A stretch of DNA of 64,000 nt from Halanaerobiales bacterium (GCA_034521955.1 JAXHLT010000003.1:76990-140989); one strand, 5' to 3'. Positions 30,569 to 41,074 are shown, numbered from the stretch's first letter. Numbers and translations are program-made. Notes: generated by a model from the sequence alone, not told the origin.

Positions 30569-31883
30569 ATGAATCCATATGAATTTTTAACTAAGTTCAG
30601 TAAATTTGGAAATAAAGGTGGTTTTAAACCGGGTTTAGAAAGGGTTAAAAAAGTACTTTCTTACTTTGATAACCCTCAGGATAAAGTTGATTATATACAT
30701 GTTGGGGGTTCAAATGGTAAAGGATCCACTGTTGCTTTTTTAAACAGTATTTTAAAAAATGCCGGATATAAAGTAGGCAGATATGTATCACCTCCAATGA
30801 TACATTTTAATGAACGATTTAGTATAAACGATAATCCTATCTCTACCAAAGAATTAAAGTCAATTGTTAATATGCTAAATGAGTATTTACAAAATCCTGA
30901 GACACAAGTTGATTTTGATGAACCAAGTTTTTTTGAAATAATTACTATAATTGCCTTTATATATTTTTATAGAAAAAATGTAGATATAGGTATTTTAGAA
31001 GTTGGTCTAGGTGGAAGGTTAGATGCAACAAATGTGATTAAGAAGCCGTTAGTTAGTGTAATTACAAATATTAGTTATGAGCACGCAGATATACTTGGTC
31101 CAAAAATTGAAGATATAGCTTATGAAAAAGCTGGAATAATTAAAAAAAATAGACCAGTGATTACAGCTTCGAATAATTCAAAGGTTATTAAAGTTTTTAA
31201 AAAAGTAGCTAAAGAAAAAAATTCTGAGCTTACAATACTTAATATAGATGATAAATATAAAGTTATAGATAAAAATTTAGACTATCAAATACTAGATTTA
31301 CAGTTAGATGGTATTAGTTATAAAGATTTAAAATTAAAAATATTAGGTACTCACCAAATATATAACTCTGTTTTGGCATTAAAAACACTTGGTTTATTAC
31401 CTGACTGTTATATAATAGATAAAAGCTCAATATATTCAGGTTTATATAATTGTAAATGGCCTGGGAAGACTCGAAGTGGTTAATAGAGATCCTGATATTA
31501 TTTTAGATGGTGCTCATAATGAAGATGGTATGAAAATATTAGTTCGATTTCTCAAAGAAAATGTTGATAAACATAAAAAGATAATATTTTTGATTAGTAT
31601 TTTAAAAGATAAAAACTATACGAGTATGTTAAAAATGCTTAAATCTTTGGATAATGATATTGAATTATTGATAACAACAAATCAAAACAAAAGATCATTA
31701 GATCCAAAAGTAATTGCTGATCAAGCTAATATGCTTAACATGAAAAATAAAGTTATTTATAATTTGTATGATTCTGTAAAAGAAGCTAAAAAGATATTAA
31801 ATAGTAGTGATCTATTATGTATTACAGGGTCTTTATATACTGTATCTGAAGCAAGATTTTATCAAAGCATAATATTTAAATGA
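30569..31883 (+). pseudogene. folC: Folylpolyglutamate synthase / dihydrofolate synthase, interrupted by a +1 frameshift near 31463-31467
   Basis: The track splits it into 30452..31483 and 31476..31883. The P-loop is HVGGSNGKGST. Frame 1 reads ..CKWPG-KTRSG*. Skipping one base of GGGAAG gives WPGRLEVVNRDPDIILDGAHN, the canonical FolC WPGRLE...DGAHN. ATG at 30569 follows AGGAATGA. Confidence 0.85.
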
Positions 31884-31927
31884 TTTATAAATATATGTAT
31901 AAAAATATATTTTCAAAGGGTGGTTTG

Positions 31928-32446
31928 ATGGCAAAAAAGAATAAAAAGAAAAACAAGTCACTAACATTTGTGGTCATAATAATGGCTGTTATCTCTGTAT
32001 TTATTGGATTTTATGTTGGTATGTATTTATTTAAGTCAATGAGTGGAGGTGAAACCCAGGTAGCACAAACAAATAATAATATTAGTGAAGATAACTTAGA
32101 GCAAAGTATTCCGGCTAGTCAAGATACTAATCAGGAAAGTTCCAATATTGAAAGTAATAATGTTGAGCAAACTGAAAGTCAAAAAACAGAAAGTACAGAA
32201 ACGGTTGAACAACCTTCTTCAGTTGAGGATCATGAAAATCTTTTTAAGATACAGGTTGGAGCTTTTTCAAACCGAGAAAATGCTGAAACTTTTAAATCTG
32301 AATTAGAAAAGAATGGTTATCAAGTTATTATTAGAGAAACAGAAATTTTTCGTGTTAGAGTTATAGGTAAAGAAACTAGAGAAGAGACAGAAAATATAGA
32401 AAAAGAATTAATTAATTTAGGTTATGATACATTTATAGTCAAATAA
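31928..32446 (+). CDS. SPOR-domain membrane protein
   Basis: It has a Lys-rich N-terminus, one TM segment, a low-complexity linker and a C-terminal SPOR fold (FKIQVGAFSNRENAETFKSELEKNGY..FRVRVIG). Confidence 0.75.
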   Translation: MAKKNKKKNKSLTFVVIIMAVISVFIGFYVGMYLFKSMSGGETQVAQTNNNISEDNLEQSIPASQDTNQESSNIESNNVEQTESQKTESTETVEQPSSVEDHENLFKIQVGAFSNRENAETFKSELEKNGYQVIIRETEIFRVRVIGKETREETENIEKELINLGYDTFIVK

Positions 32447-32526
32447 TTTGCAGATTTACCATATATATTATAGAATTATAATGGTCGTGTTAAAATTGCA
32501 AATATATATAAAATAGAGGTGAAAAA

Positions 32527-33852
32527 ATGAGTGTACTTACATTCAAACAGGGAATTCATCCTGAATACCATAAAGAATTAACAAAAGATGTGCCTTTAAG
32601 AGAAGCAAGTAGACCCAAAGAAATAGTAGTTCCACTACAACAACATATCGGTGCTCCTTTAAAACCAACTGTTGAAAAAGGAGATCATGTAAAAAGAGGA
32701 CAAAAAATAGGTGATACCGATAGTTTTGTGGCTGCTCCTGTGCATTCTTCTGTATCAGGAACTGTTAAATCGATTGAAAAAGTAAGAACACCTTCTGGTC
32801 AAAAAACATTATCTGTGATTATTGAAGCTGATGAAGAAGATGTTTTTGATGATTCTTTAAAACCAAATAAAGACATTGACCAATTAGAGCCAAAAGAAAT
32901 AATTGACATTATAAGAGAAGCAGGAATTGTAGGTTTGGGTGGGGCGATGTTTCCTACTCATGTAAAATTATCAGTTCCAGATGATAAGAATATTGATTAT
33001 TTTATTTTAAATGGAATTGAGTGTGAACCTTTTTTAAATGTGGATAACAGAATGATGATAGAAAGATCAGAAGATATAGTTGAAGGCATGAAATTAATGA
33101 TGAAAGCTGCTGATGTCAAAAAAGGTATTATTGGAATTGAAGATAATAAACCACGAGCTATATCAAATATGAAAAAAGCAGTTGAGAATGAAGAAAATAT
33201 TGAAATAAAGGTATTTGAGACTAAGTATCCTCAAGGTGGAGAAAAGATGCTTATAAAGGCAGCTTTAGGTAGAGAAGTTCCTGACGGAGGATTACCTTTA
33301 GATGTTGGTGTTATAGTAAATAACATCTCTACTGCAATTGCTGTTTTAGAAGCTGTAGCAGTTGGCAAACCTTTAATAGAAAGAACAATTACTATAACTG
33401 GTGAAGGTATATCTAAACCGTGTAATTTATATTACAGTATAGGTACTAAGGTAAAAGATTTAATTAATGAAGCCGGAGGATATGAGGGTGAACCTGCTAA
33501 GATAATTTTAGGAGGTCCGATGACAGGTAGTGCACAACATACAACAGATGTTCCTACAGTAAAAGGAACTTCTGGAATTATTGTTTTACATAAAAAGAGT
33601 GTTGCTAAATTTGATCCTAAACCATGTATAAAGTGTGCTAGGTGTGTTGACTCATGTCCAATGTATTTACTGCCTTTAAAATTATCTGATTTATCACAGT
33701 ATGAAAAATATGATGAACTAGATGAGTATGATGTCCAAAGTTGTATTGAATGTGGTTCATGTTCATATATCTGTCCTGCAGATAGACCATTATTAGATTA
33801 TATCAGGATAGGAAAAATGGAAGATATGAAATTGAAAAAATCATCACAGTAA
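32527..33852 (+). CDS. rnfC: Rnf complex subunit C
   Basis: It has an NADH/FMN-binding region (GLGGAMFPTHVK) and two C-terminal 4Fe-4S motifs (CIKCARCVDSCP, CIECGSCSYICP). Confidence 0.92.
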   Translation: MSVLTFKQGIHPEYHKELTKDVPLREASRPKEIVVPLQQHIGAPLKPTVEKGDHVKRGQKIGDTDSFVAAPVHSSVSGTVKSIEKVRTPSGQKTLSVIIEADEEDVFDDSLKPNKDIDQLEPKEIIDIIREAGIVGLGGAMFPTHVKLSVPDDKNIDYFILNGIECEPFLNVDNRMMIERSEDIVEGMKLMMKAADVKKGIIGIEDNKPRAISNMKKAVENEENIEIKVFETKYPQGGEKMLIKAALGREVPDGGLPLDVGVIVNNISTAIAVLEAVAVGKPLIERTITITGEGISKPCNLYYSIGTKVKDLINEAGGYEGEPAKIILGGPMTGSAQHTTDVPTVKGTSGIIVLHKKSVAKFDPKPCIKCARCVDSCPMYLLPLKLSDLSQYEKYDELDEYDVQSCIECGSCSYICPADRPLLDYIRIGKMEDMKLKKSSQ

Positions 33853-33863
33853 GGAGGATAGTT

Positions 33864-34775
33864 ATGAATAATGAAGAATTAATTGTAACTCCGAATCCAC
33901 ATATAAAAGACCCAACATCTGTTGAGGAGATTATGTGGACAGTTGTTTACACACTTATACCTGCTGTATTAGCATCTACATATTTTTTTGGATTTAGGGC
34001 TTTGCTAATTGTAGGAGTAAGCATTATAGGTGCATTAATTACAGAATATACATTTTTAAAAATCAGAAATAAAGAAATGGTTATAAATGATGGAAGTGCT
34101 GTATTAACAGGACTTTTACTGGCATTAACATTACCACCAACCATCCCGTTATGGACTGCCTTTTTTGGTAGTGTTGTAGCCATAGGATTAGGTAAACAAG
34201 TATTTGGTGGTTTAGGTAATAACCCTTTTAATCCCGCATTGATAGGTAGAGCATTTTTAACGGCTTCGTATCCTGTCTTAATGACTACTTGGGTGGCTGT
34301 AGATGGCACATCTTCGGCAACACCATTAAGCATGATTTCAGATGGTCAAATGGTACGATTATGGAATTTATTCATTGGTAGTACTGGAGGCTCTTTAGGA
34401 GAGACTTCTGCTTTAGCATTATTATTAGGTGCGGCATATCTAATATACAAAGGATTTATTAACTGGAGAATTCCTGCTGGAATGTTATCAACTGTTGTAA
34501 TCATAACTTTTTTAGCCGGAGAAAATCCAGTAGTTCATTTATTTGCAGGAAGTTTAATATTAGGAGCTTTCTTTATGGCAACTGATATGGTAACTTCACC
34601 TGTAACTAAAAAAGCAAGATGGGTTTTTGGAATTGGAGCTGGACTTTTAGTTGCAATAATAAGATTATGGGGCGGTTATCCAGAAGGAGTTATGTATTCA
34701 ATCCTTTTAATGAATACAACTGTACCGCTTTTAGATAGATACTTAAAGCCAAAAACTCTGGGAGTGGTGAAATAA
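33864..34775 (+). CDS. rnfD: Rnf complex subunit D
   Basis: It is a polytopic NqrB/RnfD-family protein with the FMN-attachment region GTSSATPL. Confidence 0.9.
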   Translation: MNNEELIVTPNPHIKDPTSVEEIMWTVVYTLIPAVLASTYFFGFRALLIVGVSIIGALITEYTFLKIRNKEMVINDGSAVLTGLLLALTLPPTIPLWTAFFGSVVAIGLGKQVFGGLGNNPFNPALIGRAFLTASYPVLMTTWVAVDGTSSATPLSMISDGQMVRLWNLFIGSTGGSLGETSALALLLGAAYLIYKGFINWRIPAGMLSTVVIITFLAGENPVVHLFAGSLILGAFFMATDMVTSPVTKKARWVFGIGAGLLVAIIRLWGGYPEGVMYSILLMNTTVPLLDRYLKPKTLGVVK

Positions 34776-34776
34776 T

Positions 34777-35334
34777 ATGGATACAAAAATATCTAAACTG
34801 ATAATAACTCTAGCAGTTATTGGAATAATATCAGCTGTTGCTTTATCTTTTGTATATCAATGGACAACTCCATATATCGAAGAACATCAAGCTCAAGCTC
34901 AAAAAGAAGCCATAAGATCTGTTCTACCACAAGCAGAGGAGTTTGAAGAAGTTAATAGAAATGGCAATACTTTTTTTGAAGGTTATGATTCTGGAGGAAA
35001 TAGAATAGGTGTTGCAATGATTGCATCTGGGCCTGGTTATCAGAATATAATTGAAATAATGATTGGTGTAAACATTAATGATAATACTATTTATGGTATT
35101 CAAATATTAACACATGAAGAGACACCTGGTTTAGGTGCTAGAATTAATGGTAAAGAATACAAAAGTAATTTTGAAAGGAAACCTTTTGGAGATTATACAG
35201 TAGTTAAAAGAGATGCTCAAACTGAAATGGAAGTTGAAGCTATTGCAGGTGCTACTATTTCATCCCAAAGTGTAACAAAAATTGTAGAAAAGGCTGTTAA
35301 TGTTATTCAAGCAGCTTATGGAGGTGGCGCATAA
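34777..35334 (+). CDS. rnfG: Rnf complex subunit G
   Basis: It has an N-terminal TM segment, an FMN-binding domain and a flavinylation motif AGATISS. Confidence 0.9.
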   Translation: MDTKISKLIITLAVIGIISAVALSFVYQWTTPYIEEHQAQAQKEAIRSVLPQAEEFEEVNRNGNTFFEGYDSGGNRIGVAMIASGPGYQNIIEIMIGVNINDNTIYGIQILTHEETPGLGARINGKEYKSNFERKPFGDYTVVKRDAQTEMEVEAIAGATISSQSVTKIVEKAVNVIQAAYGGGA

Positions 35335-35933
35335 TGGTTAAAAAACTATTAATAGATTTTAAAAACGGACTATGGAGAGAAAATCCAATAATAGTATTAG
35401 TTATAGGTATGTGTCCGACATTAGCTGTTACAAATACAGTTGAAAATGGTTTAGCAATGGGAATTGCTACTTCATTTGTTTTATTATCATCTGAAATAGT
35501 TATATCTCTATTTAAAAAATACATACCAAACAATGTTAGAATTCCAAGTTTCATTTTAATAATAGCTACTTTTGTAACTTTTACTGATTATTTTCTTAAA
35601 GCATTTTTTCCAGATATAGCAGCATCATTAAGCTTATTTATACCCCTGATCGTTGTTAACTGTTTAATTCTTGGACGTCAGGAAGCTTTTGCTTCTAAAA
35701 ATCCAACTCATAGAGCAATTGCAGATGCATTAGGAATGGGATTAGGATTTACTTGGGTATTAGTACTATTAAGTGCTGTAAGAGAATTTTTTGGAATGGG
35801 TTCCATTTTTGGTGTAGAACTATTAGGTAGTTGGTATGAACCGATGGTTATCATGATTTTACCAGCTGGTGCATTTATTACCTTAGGTATAATAGTAGGT
35901 TTAATGAATGTAATCAAAAGGAGGGGTAATTAA
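35334..35933 (+). CDS. rnfE: Rnf complex subunit E
   Basis: It belongs to the RnfE/NqrD family ([24 protein letters not shown]) and has a TAATG overlap with rnfG. Confidence 0.9.
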   Translation: MVKKLLIDFKNGLWRENPIIVLVIGMCPTLAVTNTVENGLAMGIATSFVLLSSEIVISLFKKYIPNNVRIPSFILIIATFVTFTDYFLKAFFPDIAASLSLFIPLIVVNCLILGRQEAFASKNPTHRAIADALGMGLGFTWVLVLLSAVREFFGMGSIFGVELLGSWYEPMVIMILPAGAFITLGIIVGLMNVIKRRGN

Positions 35934-36523
35934 TGGAAGAATTAAGAGTAGTTACCTTAGTTTTTATTAGTACTGTATTGATCAATAACTTTATTTTAGT
36001 GAAGTTTTTAGGAATATGCCCCTTTTTAGGAGTATCAAAACAGGTTGAAACTGCTTTCAGTATGGGTATTGCGACAACATTTGTAATGACATTAACTGCA
36101 GCTGCGACCTGGTTGATTAATACATATATTCTTGAAGCTTTAAATTTACCATTTTTAAGATATGTATCATTCATAATTGTGATTGCTTCATTAGTTCAAT
36201 TTGTTGAGATGTTTATTAAAAAATCTAGTCCGGTTTTGTATAAGGCTCTAGGAATATTTTTACCCCTTATTACTACAAACTGTGCTATTTTAGGTTTAGC
36301 ATTGCTAATACCATTAAACGGCTATAATTTTATTACAAGTGTAGTATTTGGACTTGGTGCAGGTATTGGTTTTACACTGGCAATAGTGCTAATGGCTGGA
36401 TTGCGAGAAAGACTAGAGTTTGGTGATGTACCAAAAACATTACAAGGTGTACCAATTACATTAATAATAGCTGGACTTATGGCGATGGCTTTTATGGGTT
36501 TTTCAGGATTAATTTCAATTTAA
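35933..36523 (+). CDS. rnfA: Rnf complex subunit A
   Basis: It belongs to the RnfA/NqrE family ([18 protein letters not shown]) and has a TAATG overlap with rnfE. Confidence 0.9.
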   Translation: MEELRVVTLVFISTVLINNFILVKFLGICPFLGVSKQVETAFSMGIATTFVMTLTAAATWLINTYILEALNLPFLRYVSFIIVIASLVQFVEMFIKKSSPVLYKALGIFLPLITTNCAILGLALLIPLNGYNFITSVVFGLGAGIGFTLAIVLMAGLRERLEFGDVPKTLQGVPITLIIAGLMAMAFMGFSGLISI

Positions 36524-36547
36524 TATATAATTGTTGGAGGTGTCAGA

Positions 36548-37550
36548 GTGGATTCTATATATATATATTCTATTCTAAGTATGGGAGGAATTGGAGCCAT
36601 CTTAGCTTTAGGTTTAGGTTTGGCTTCTAAAAAATTTCATGTAGAAGTTGATGAAAGGATCCAACAGGTAGAGGAAGTTCTACCAGGTGTTAATTGTGGT
36701 GCCTGTGGTTATGCAGGTTGTAGCAGTTTTGCTGAAGCAGTAATTAATGGTGAAGCTGAAATTAATGGCTGTCCTGTTGGAGGAGAAGTAGTTGCTGAAA
36801 AGATTGCAGAAATACTGGGAGTTGAAGGAGAAACTAATGAAACAGTTAAAGCACAACTTTTATGTGGTGGTGGAATAAAAGAAACTAAAAAGCTTTCTGA
36901 ATACAGTGGTATTAAAACTTGTAAAGCTGCTGAATCCATTAATGGAGGAACTAAAAGTTGTCAATATTCTTGTATAGGGATTTGGGGATTGTATGGAAGT
37001 TTGTCCCTTTGATGCAATTGAGATGAGTGAGAATGGACTTCCAATTATTGATAAAGAAAAATGTACAGGTTGTGGAAAGTGTGTTGTAGCTTGTCCAAAA
37101 AATATTATTACATTAGCTCCTGAAGATAAGCTAAATCACATAAGATGTTCATCACACGATCCTGGTAAGGTTGTTTCAAAAATCTGTGAAGTTGGATGTA
37201 TAGGTTGTTCATTATGTGTAAAAGCTTGTCCTGTTGATGCAATAACAATGGAAGACAATCTTGCAGTAATTGATTATGATAAGTGTATAAACTGTGGTAT
37301 TTGTTCTGAAAAATGTCCAACAGGTACTATTGAATTTAATGGCAGATTAATAGAAAAAGTTGTTATAACCGATAAATGTGTTGGATGTACAAGGTGTGTT
37401 GAACCTTGTCCTGTTGATGCAATAGAAGGTGAACTAAAAGAAGTTCATGAAATTGATCAAGATAAATGTGTTCAATGTGGCTTGTGTGCCAAAGTGTGTA
37501 AAGTTGATGGAGCTATAACTGTTACATATAAAGATGAAATAGAAAATTAA
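36548..37550 (+). pseudogene. rnfB: Rnf complex subunit B (poly-ferredoxin type), interrupted by a +1 frameshift near 36977-36980
   Basis: The track splits it into 36548..37012 and 36993..37550. It has an N-terminal TM segment and CGACGYAGC. Frame 1 reads ..CQYSCIG-IWGLYGSLSL*. Skipping one base of GGGA gives CIGFGDCMEVCPFDAIEM, the canonical RnfB motif. Five further CxxCxxCxxxC(P/K) motifs follow. Confidence 0.88.
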
Positions 37551-37572
37551 ATTTAAATATTTGAATTTGTTT

Positions 37573-37600
37573 AAAACCGAGCTTTAAATGGCTCGGTTTT
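37573..37600 (+). terminator. Intrinsic terminator after the rnf operon
   Basis: AAAACCGAGC (37573-37582), an 8-nt loop, GCTCGGTTTT (37591-37600). Confidence 0.8.
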
Positions 37601-37658
37601 AATTATATTTAAAAATAGACATTTAGCCAAAAAGATGTTAAAATGATAACGATTAGGA

Positions 37659-38084
37659 GTGGGGATTCAATTGGAGAATATTAACAAATACATGACAAAT
37701 TATGACAAGATATTGATTGTATTAGTCATTGCATTTTCTTTGGTGATGATATTATATCCATTTATTAGTGCTTATTTGGATAATGATGAAGAAAAAGATA
37801 CATTTGTTTATATAAAAGATAGTTCAAAGGAAGTTCGAAGAATTCCTTTATCTGAATCTTATCAAGATAAACCTATAATTTTAGAAGCAGATGGTCCATT
37901 AGGTATTTCAATAATAGAAATTCATCAAGGACGGGTTAGAGTTAAAGAAGCTCCATGTCCAGCAAAAATTTGTAAAAAAACTGGATGGATATCTAAGCCT
38001 GGACCTTCAATAATTTGTGTTCCTAATAAAATATCAGTTTGGATTGAAACCGAAGATTCTGATATTGACGCAATTTCATGGTAA
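37659..38084 (+). CDS. NusG domain II-containing (DUF1312-like) membrane-anchored protein
   Basis: It has one N-terminal TM segment and a C-terminal CPAKICKKTGWISKPGPSIICVPNK motif typical of this family. GTG start. Confidence 0.7.
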   Translation: MGIQLENINKYMTNYDKILIVLVIAFSLVMILYPFISAYLDNDEEKDTFVYIKDSSKEVRRIPLSESYQDKPIILEADGPLGISIIEIHQGRVRVKEAPCPAKICKKTGWISKPGPSIICVPNKISVWIETEDSDIDAISW

Positions 38085-38184
38085 ATTTTAATTATTTTTA
38101 TCTTAAAGGAGATAGACTCTTTTTGTTGAAATAATTAAAATAAACCTTTAAATTATTTGAGCATAAAAAGCGAGGTTATATTTA

Positions 38185-38703
38185 ATGCGCACTAGAAAAG
38201 TTGTAATAATTTCATTATTAGTTGGTTTAGGATTAGTACTACATTTAGTAGAAAACATGATACCTCTTTCATTTTTGATTCCCGGTGCTAAACTAGGATT
38301 AGCAAATATTGCTAATCTATTAGGTTTAATTTTATTTGGGTTTTTTGCTGGATTACAAATTCTATTGTTAAGAATATTTTTAGGGTCAATTTTAGCTGGA
38401 ACTTTTATGACCATTAATTTTTATTTGAGTTTGAGCGGAGGTTTATTAGGTTATTTAATAATGAGCTTATTATTTTATTATTTAAGAGATAAATTCAGTA
38501 TTATTGGAGTAAGCTTAGGAGGAGCTGTCTTTCATAATTTAGGACAGATAGTAACAGCTTATTTTATAATTTCCAACACAGCAATATTTTATTACCTTCC
38601 TTATCTTATTCTTTTAGCTATACCAACAGGAATTGGTATCGGATTAGTAACAATTTTTACTTATAATTACTTACCACGAGAACTTAAAAGGATTGATGTT
38701 TAA
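38185..38703 (+). CDS. Gx transporter / Hpre_diP_synt_I-family membrane protein
   Basis: It is 172 aa with 5 TM segments, and the motif LHLVENMIPL..PGAKLGLANI is typical of the family. This family is commonly paired with a NusG-II protein. Confidence 0.7.
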   Translation: MRTRKVVIISLLVGLGLVLHLVENMIPLSFLIPGAKLGLANIANLLGLILFGFFAGLQILLLRIFLGSILAGTFMTINFYLSLSGGLLGYLIMSLLFYYLRDKFSIIGVSLGGAVFHNLGQIVTAYFIISNTAIFYYLPYLILLAIPTGIGIGLVTIFTYNYLPRELKRIDV

Positions 38704-39284
38704 TGATAGATAAAAAAATAATACTAGCTTCTTCATCTGATCGTAGAAAAGAATTGTTAAATAGATTGAAAATCCAATATACTTCTATGCCCAGTAAGAT
38801 AGATGAAAGTAAATTTGAACATGAAATTCCTGAAAAGATGGTACAGGATTTGTCTTTAGCAAAAGGTTCCAAAGTAGCTGAAATTGTTGAAGAAGCTCTA
38901 ATCATTTCAGCTGATACAATAGTTGTATGTGAAGATAAAATTTTAGGTAAACCTGAAGATGAAGATGACGCTTTTGAAATGCTACAATTATTACAGAATA
39001 ATAAACATTCTGTTTATACTGGTTTAGCATTAATTTCTGCTGATGATAATATGCATTATCTAGACTATGATATAACAGAAGTTTTTATGCGTAAAATAGA
39101 TAAAGAAGAAATAGAAAGATATATTAAAACAGGTGAACCTATGGACAAAGCAGGATCATATGCAATACAGGGTAAAGGTGGAATATTTGTTGAAAAGATA
39201 ATAGGTTCATATTTTACAGTAATGGGTTTACCAATTCATAAGCTATCAGTTGCTTTAAAAAGTTTTAGTTTAGAAATAATATAG
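38703..39284 (+). CDS. maf: Maf-family nucleoside triphosphate pyrophosphatase
   Basis: Motifs ILASSSDRRKELL, ISADTIV and AGSYAIQG are present. Confidence 0.9.
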   Translation: MIDKKIILASSSDRRKELLNRLKIQYTSMPSKIDESKFEHEIPEKMVQDLSLAKGSKVAEIVEEALIISADTIVVCEDKILGKPEDEDDAFEMLQLLQNNKHSVYTGLALISADDNMHYLDYDITEVFMRKIDKEEIERYIKTGEPMDKAGSYAIQGKGGIFVEKIIGSYFTVMGLPIHKLSVALKSFSLEII

Positions 39285-39372
39285 TAGATGAAAGGAGATA
39301 TATCTAACAATTAGTTTAAATATTAAATACACTATAAAAGATCTACCAGTAGATAAGAGACCTAGAGAAAAG

Positions 39373-40002
39373 ATGTTAAAGTTTGGACCAAAAAGTTTAA
39401 GTACAGAAGAACTTTTAGCTTTAATAATTAGAACGGGAAATAAATCTGATACTGCAATTGATCTTGCAAATAATTTAATAAATAAAGCTAAAGGATTAAA
39501 GGGAATAATAGATTTTACACCCGAAGAGTTTATGGTATATAAAGGGATTGGTAAGGCAAAAGGTACACAACTTTGTGCAGTCATTGAATTAAGCAAAAGA
39601 ATAAATAAATCTAATTATCAAGGGGAGGTAACAATAAACTCACCAGATGATGTCGCAGCATTAATGATGTCTGAATTAAGATATCTAAGACAAGAGCATC
39701 TTTATTCAATACTTTTAGATGTAAAAAATAAGATGACTGGTAAAGTTTTAATTTCCAAGGGGGGTTTATCTAGTTCTGTTGTTCATCCTCGTGAGGTCTT
39801 TAAATTAGCAATTAAAAAAAGTTGTGCCTCCATAATATTAGTTCATAACCATCCCAGTGGTGAACCAAATCCGAGTAGTAATGATATTGAAATAACAAAA
39901 AGACTTTATTCAGCAGGAGAAATCATAGGAATTGAAGTTGTTGACCATATAATTATTGGTGATGGCAAATATATTAGTTTAAAAGAAAAAAATATTTTTT
40001 AA
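39373..40002 (+). CDS. radC: RadC-family JAB/MPN domain protein (first canonical ATG; true start probably upstream)
   Basis: It has the LSTEELLALIIRTG HhH region and the JAMM motif HNHPSGEPNPS. The frame is open from 39292 and encodes the conserved IKDLPVDKRPREK upstream of this ATG. Confidence 0.85.
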   Translation: MLKFGPKSLSTEELLALIIRTGNKSDTAIDLANNLINKAKGLKGIIDFTPEEFMVYKGIGKAKGTQLCAVIELSKRINKSNYQGEVTINSPDDVAALMMSELRYLRQEHLYSILLDVKNKMTGKVLISKGGLSSSVVHPREVFKLAIKKSCASIILVHNHPSGEPNPSSNDIEITKRLYSAGEIIGIEVVDHIIIGDGKYISLKEKNIF

Positions 40003-40024
40003 GGTATAGAAAGGGGAGTTTAAT

Positions 40025-41062
40025 TTGTTTAATTTTTTAAGTGCACCTTTTTCCCGCGATATGGGAATAGATTTAGGTACAGCTAATACATTAGTTTATG
40101 TAAAAGGTAAAGGTATAATTATTAGAGAGCCATCAGTTGTTGCATTAAATGAAAGAAATAAAAAAATATTAGCTGTGGGAAATGAAGCTAAAAATATGAT
40201 TGGTAGAACCCCAGGTAATATAAAAGCAATTAGACCGATGAAAGATGGAGTAATTGCTGATTTTGATGTAACTGAAACAATGTTGAGACACTTCATAAGA
40301 AAAGCTCATAAAAGAAATAGATTGGTAAGACCTAGAATTATAATTTGTGTCCCTTCTGGAGTTACTGAGGTAGAAAAAAGAGCTGTAATTGATGCCGCTC
40401 TTCAAGCAGGTGCTAGAAGTGCTTTTTTAATTGAAGAGCCGATGGCAGCAGCAATAGGAGCTGGACTACCTATTCATGAACCTACCGGGAATATGATTGT
40501 AGATATTGGTGGGGGAACTACAGAAGTTGCTGTTATCTCTTTAGGCGGTATTGTTACCAGTAGTTCAATTAGAATTGGTGGAGATGAGATGGATGAAGGT
40601 ATTTCACAATACATCAAAAAGAACTATAATTTAATGATTGGAGAAAGAACTGCAGAACAGATTAAAATAGATATTGGTACAGCTACAGGGGATAATGGTG
40701 ATTTAACTAAAGAAATAAAAGGTAGAGACTTAGTAAATGGCTTACCTAAAACAATTACAATTAGTTCTAATGAAATAAAAGAAGCATTAAAAGAAACTGT
40801 AAATAGCATTTTAGATGCTGTAAAAAGAACATTGGAAAAAACTCCACCTGAATTAGCTTCTGATGTAATGGGTAGAGGTATTATACTTACCGGTGGAGGA
40901 GCTTTATTACACGGAATAGATGATTTATTGATTGAGGCGACACAAATGCCTGTATATTTAGCTGAGGATCCACTGGATTGCGTAGTAATTGGTACTGGAA
41001 TTGCTTTAGAAGAATTAGATAAAATCAAGGATTTATTAATAACCCCAAAAAAATTATCATAG
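40025..41062 (+). CDS. mreB: Rod shape-determining protein MreB
   Basis: The actin-fold motifs GIDLGTANT and [10 protein letters not shown] are present. TTG start. Confidence 0.93.
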   Translation: MFNFLSAPFSRDMGIDLGTANTLVYVKGKGIIIREPSVVALNERNKKILAVGNEAKNMIGRTPGNIKAIRPMKDGVIADFDVTETMLRHFIRKAHKRNRLVRPRIIICVPSGVTEVEKRAVIDAALQAGARSAFLIEEPMAAAIGAGLPIHEPTGNMIVDIGGGTTEVAVISLGGIVTSSSIRIGGDEMDEGISQYIKKNYNLMIGERTAEQIKIDIGTATGDNGDLTKEIKGRDLVNGLPKTITISSNEIKEALKETVNSILDAVKRTLEKTPPELASDVMGRGIILTGGGALLHGIDDLLIEATQMPVYLAEDPLDCVVIGTGIALEELDKIKDLLITPKKLS

Positions 41063-41074
41063 GGGGAATATAAA

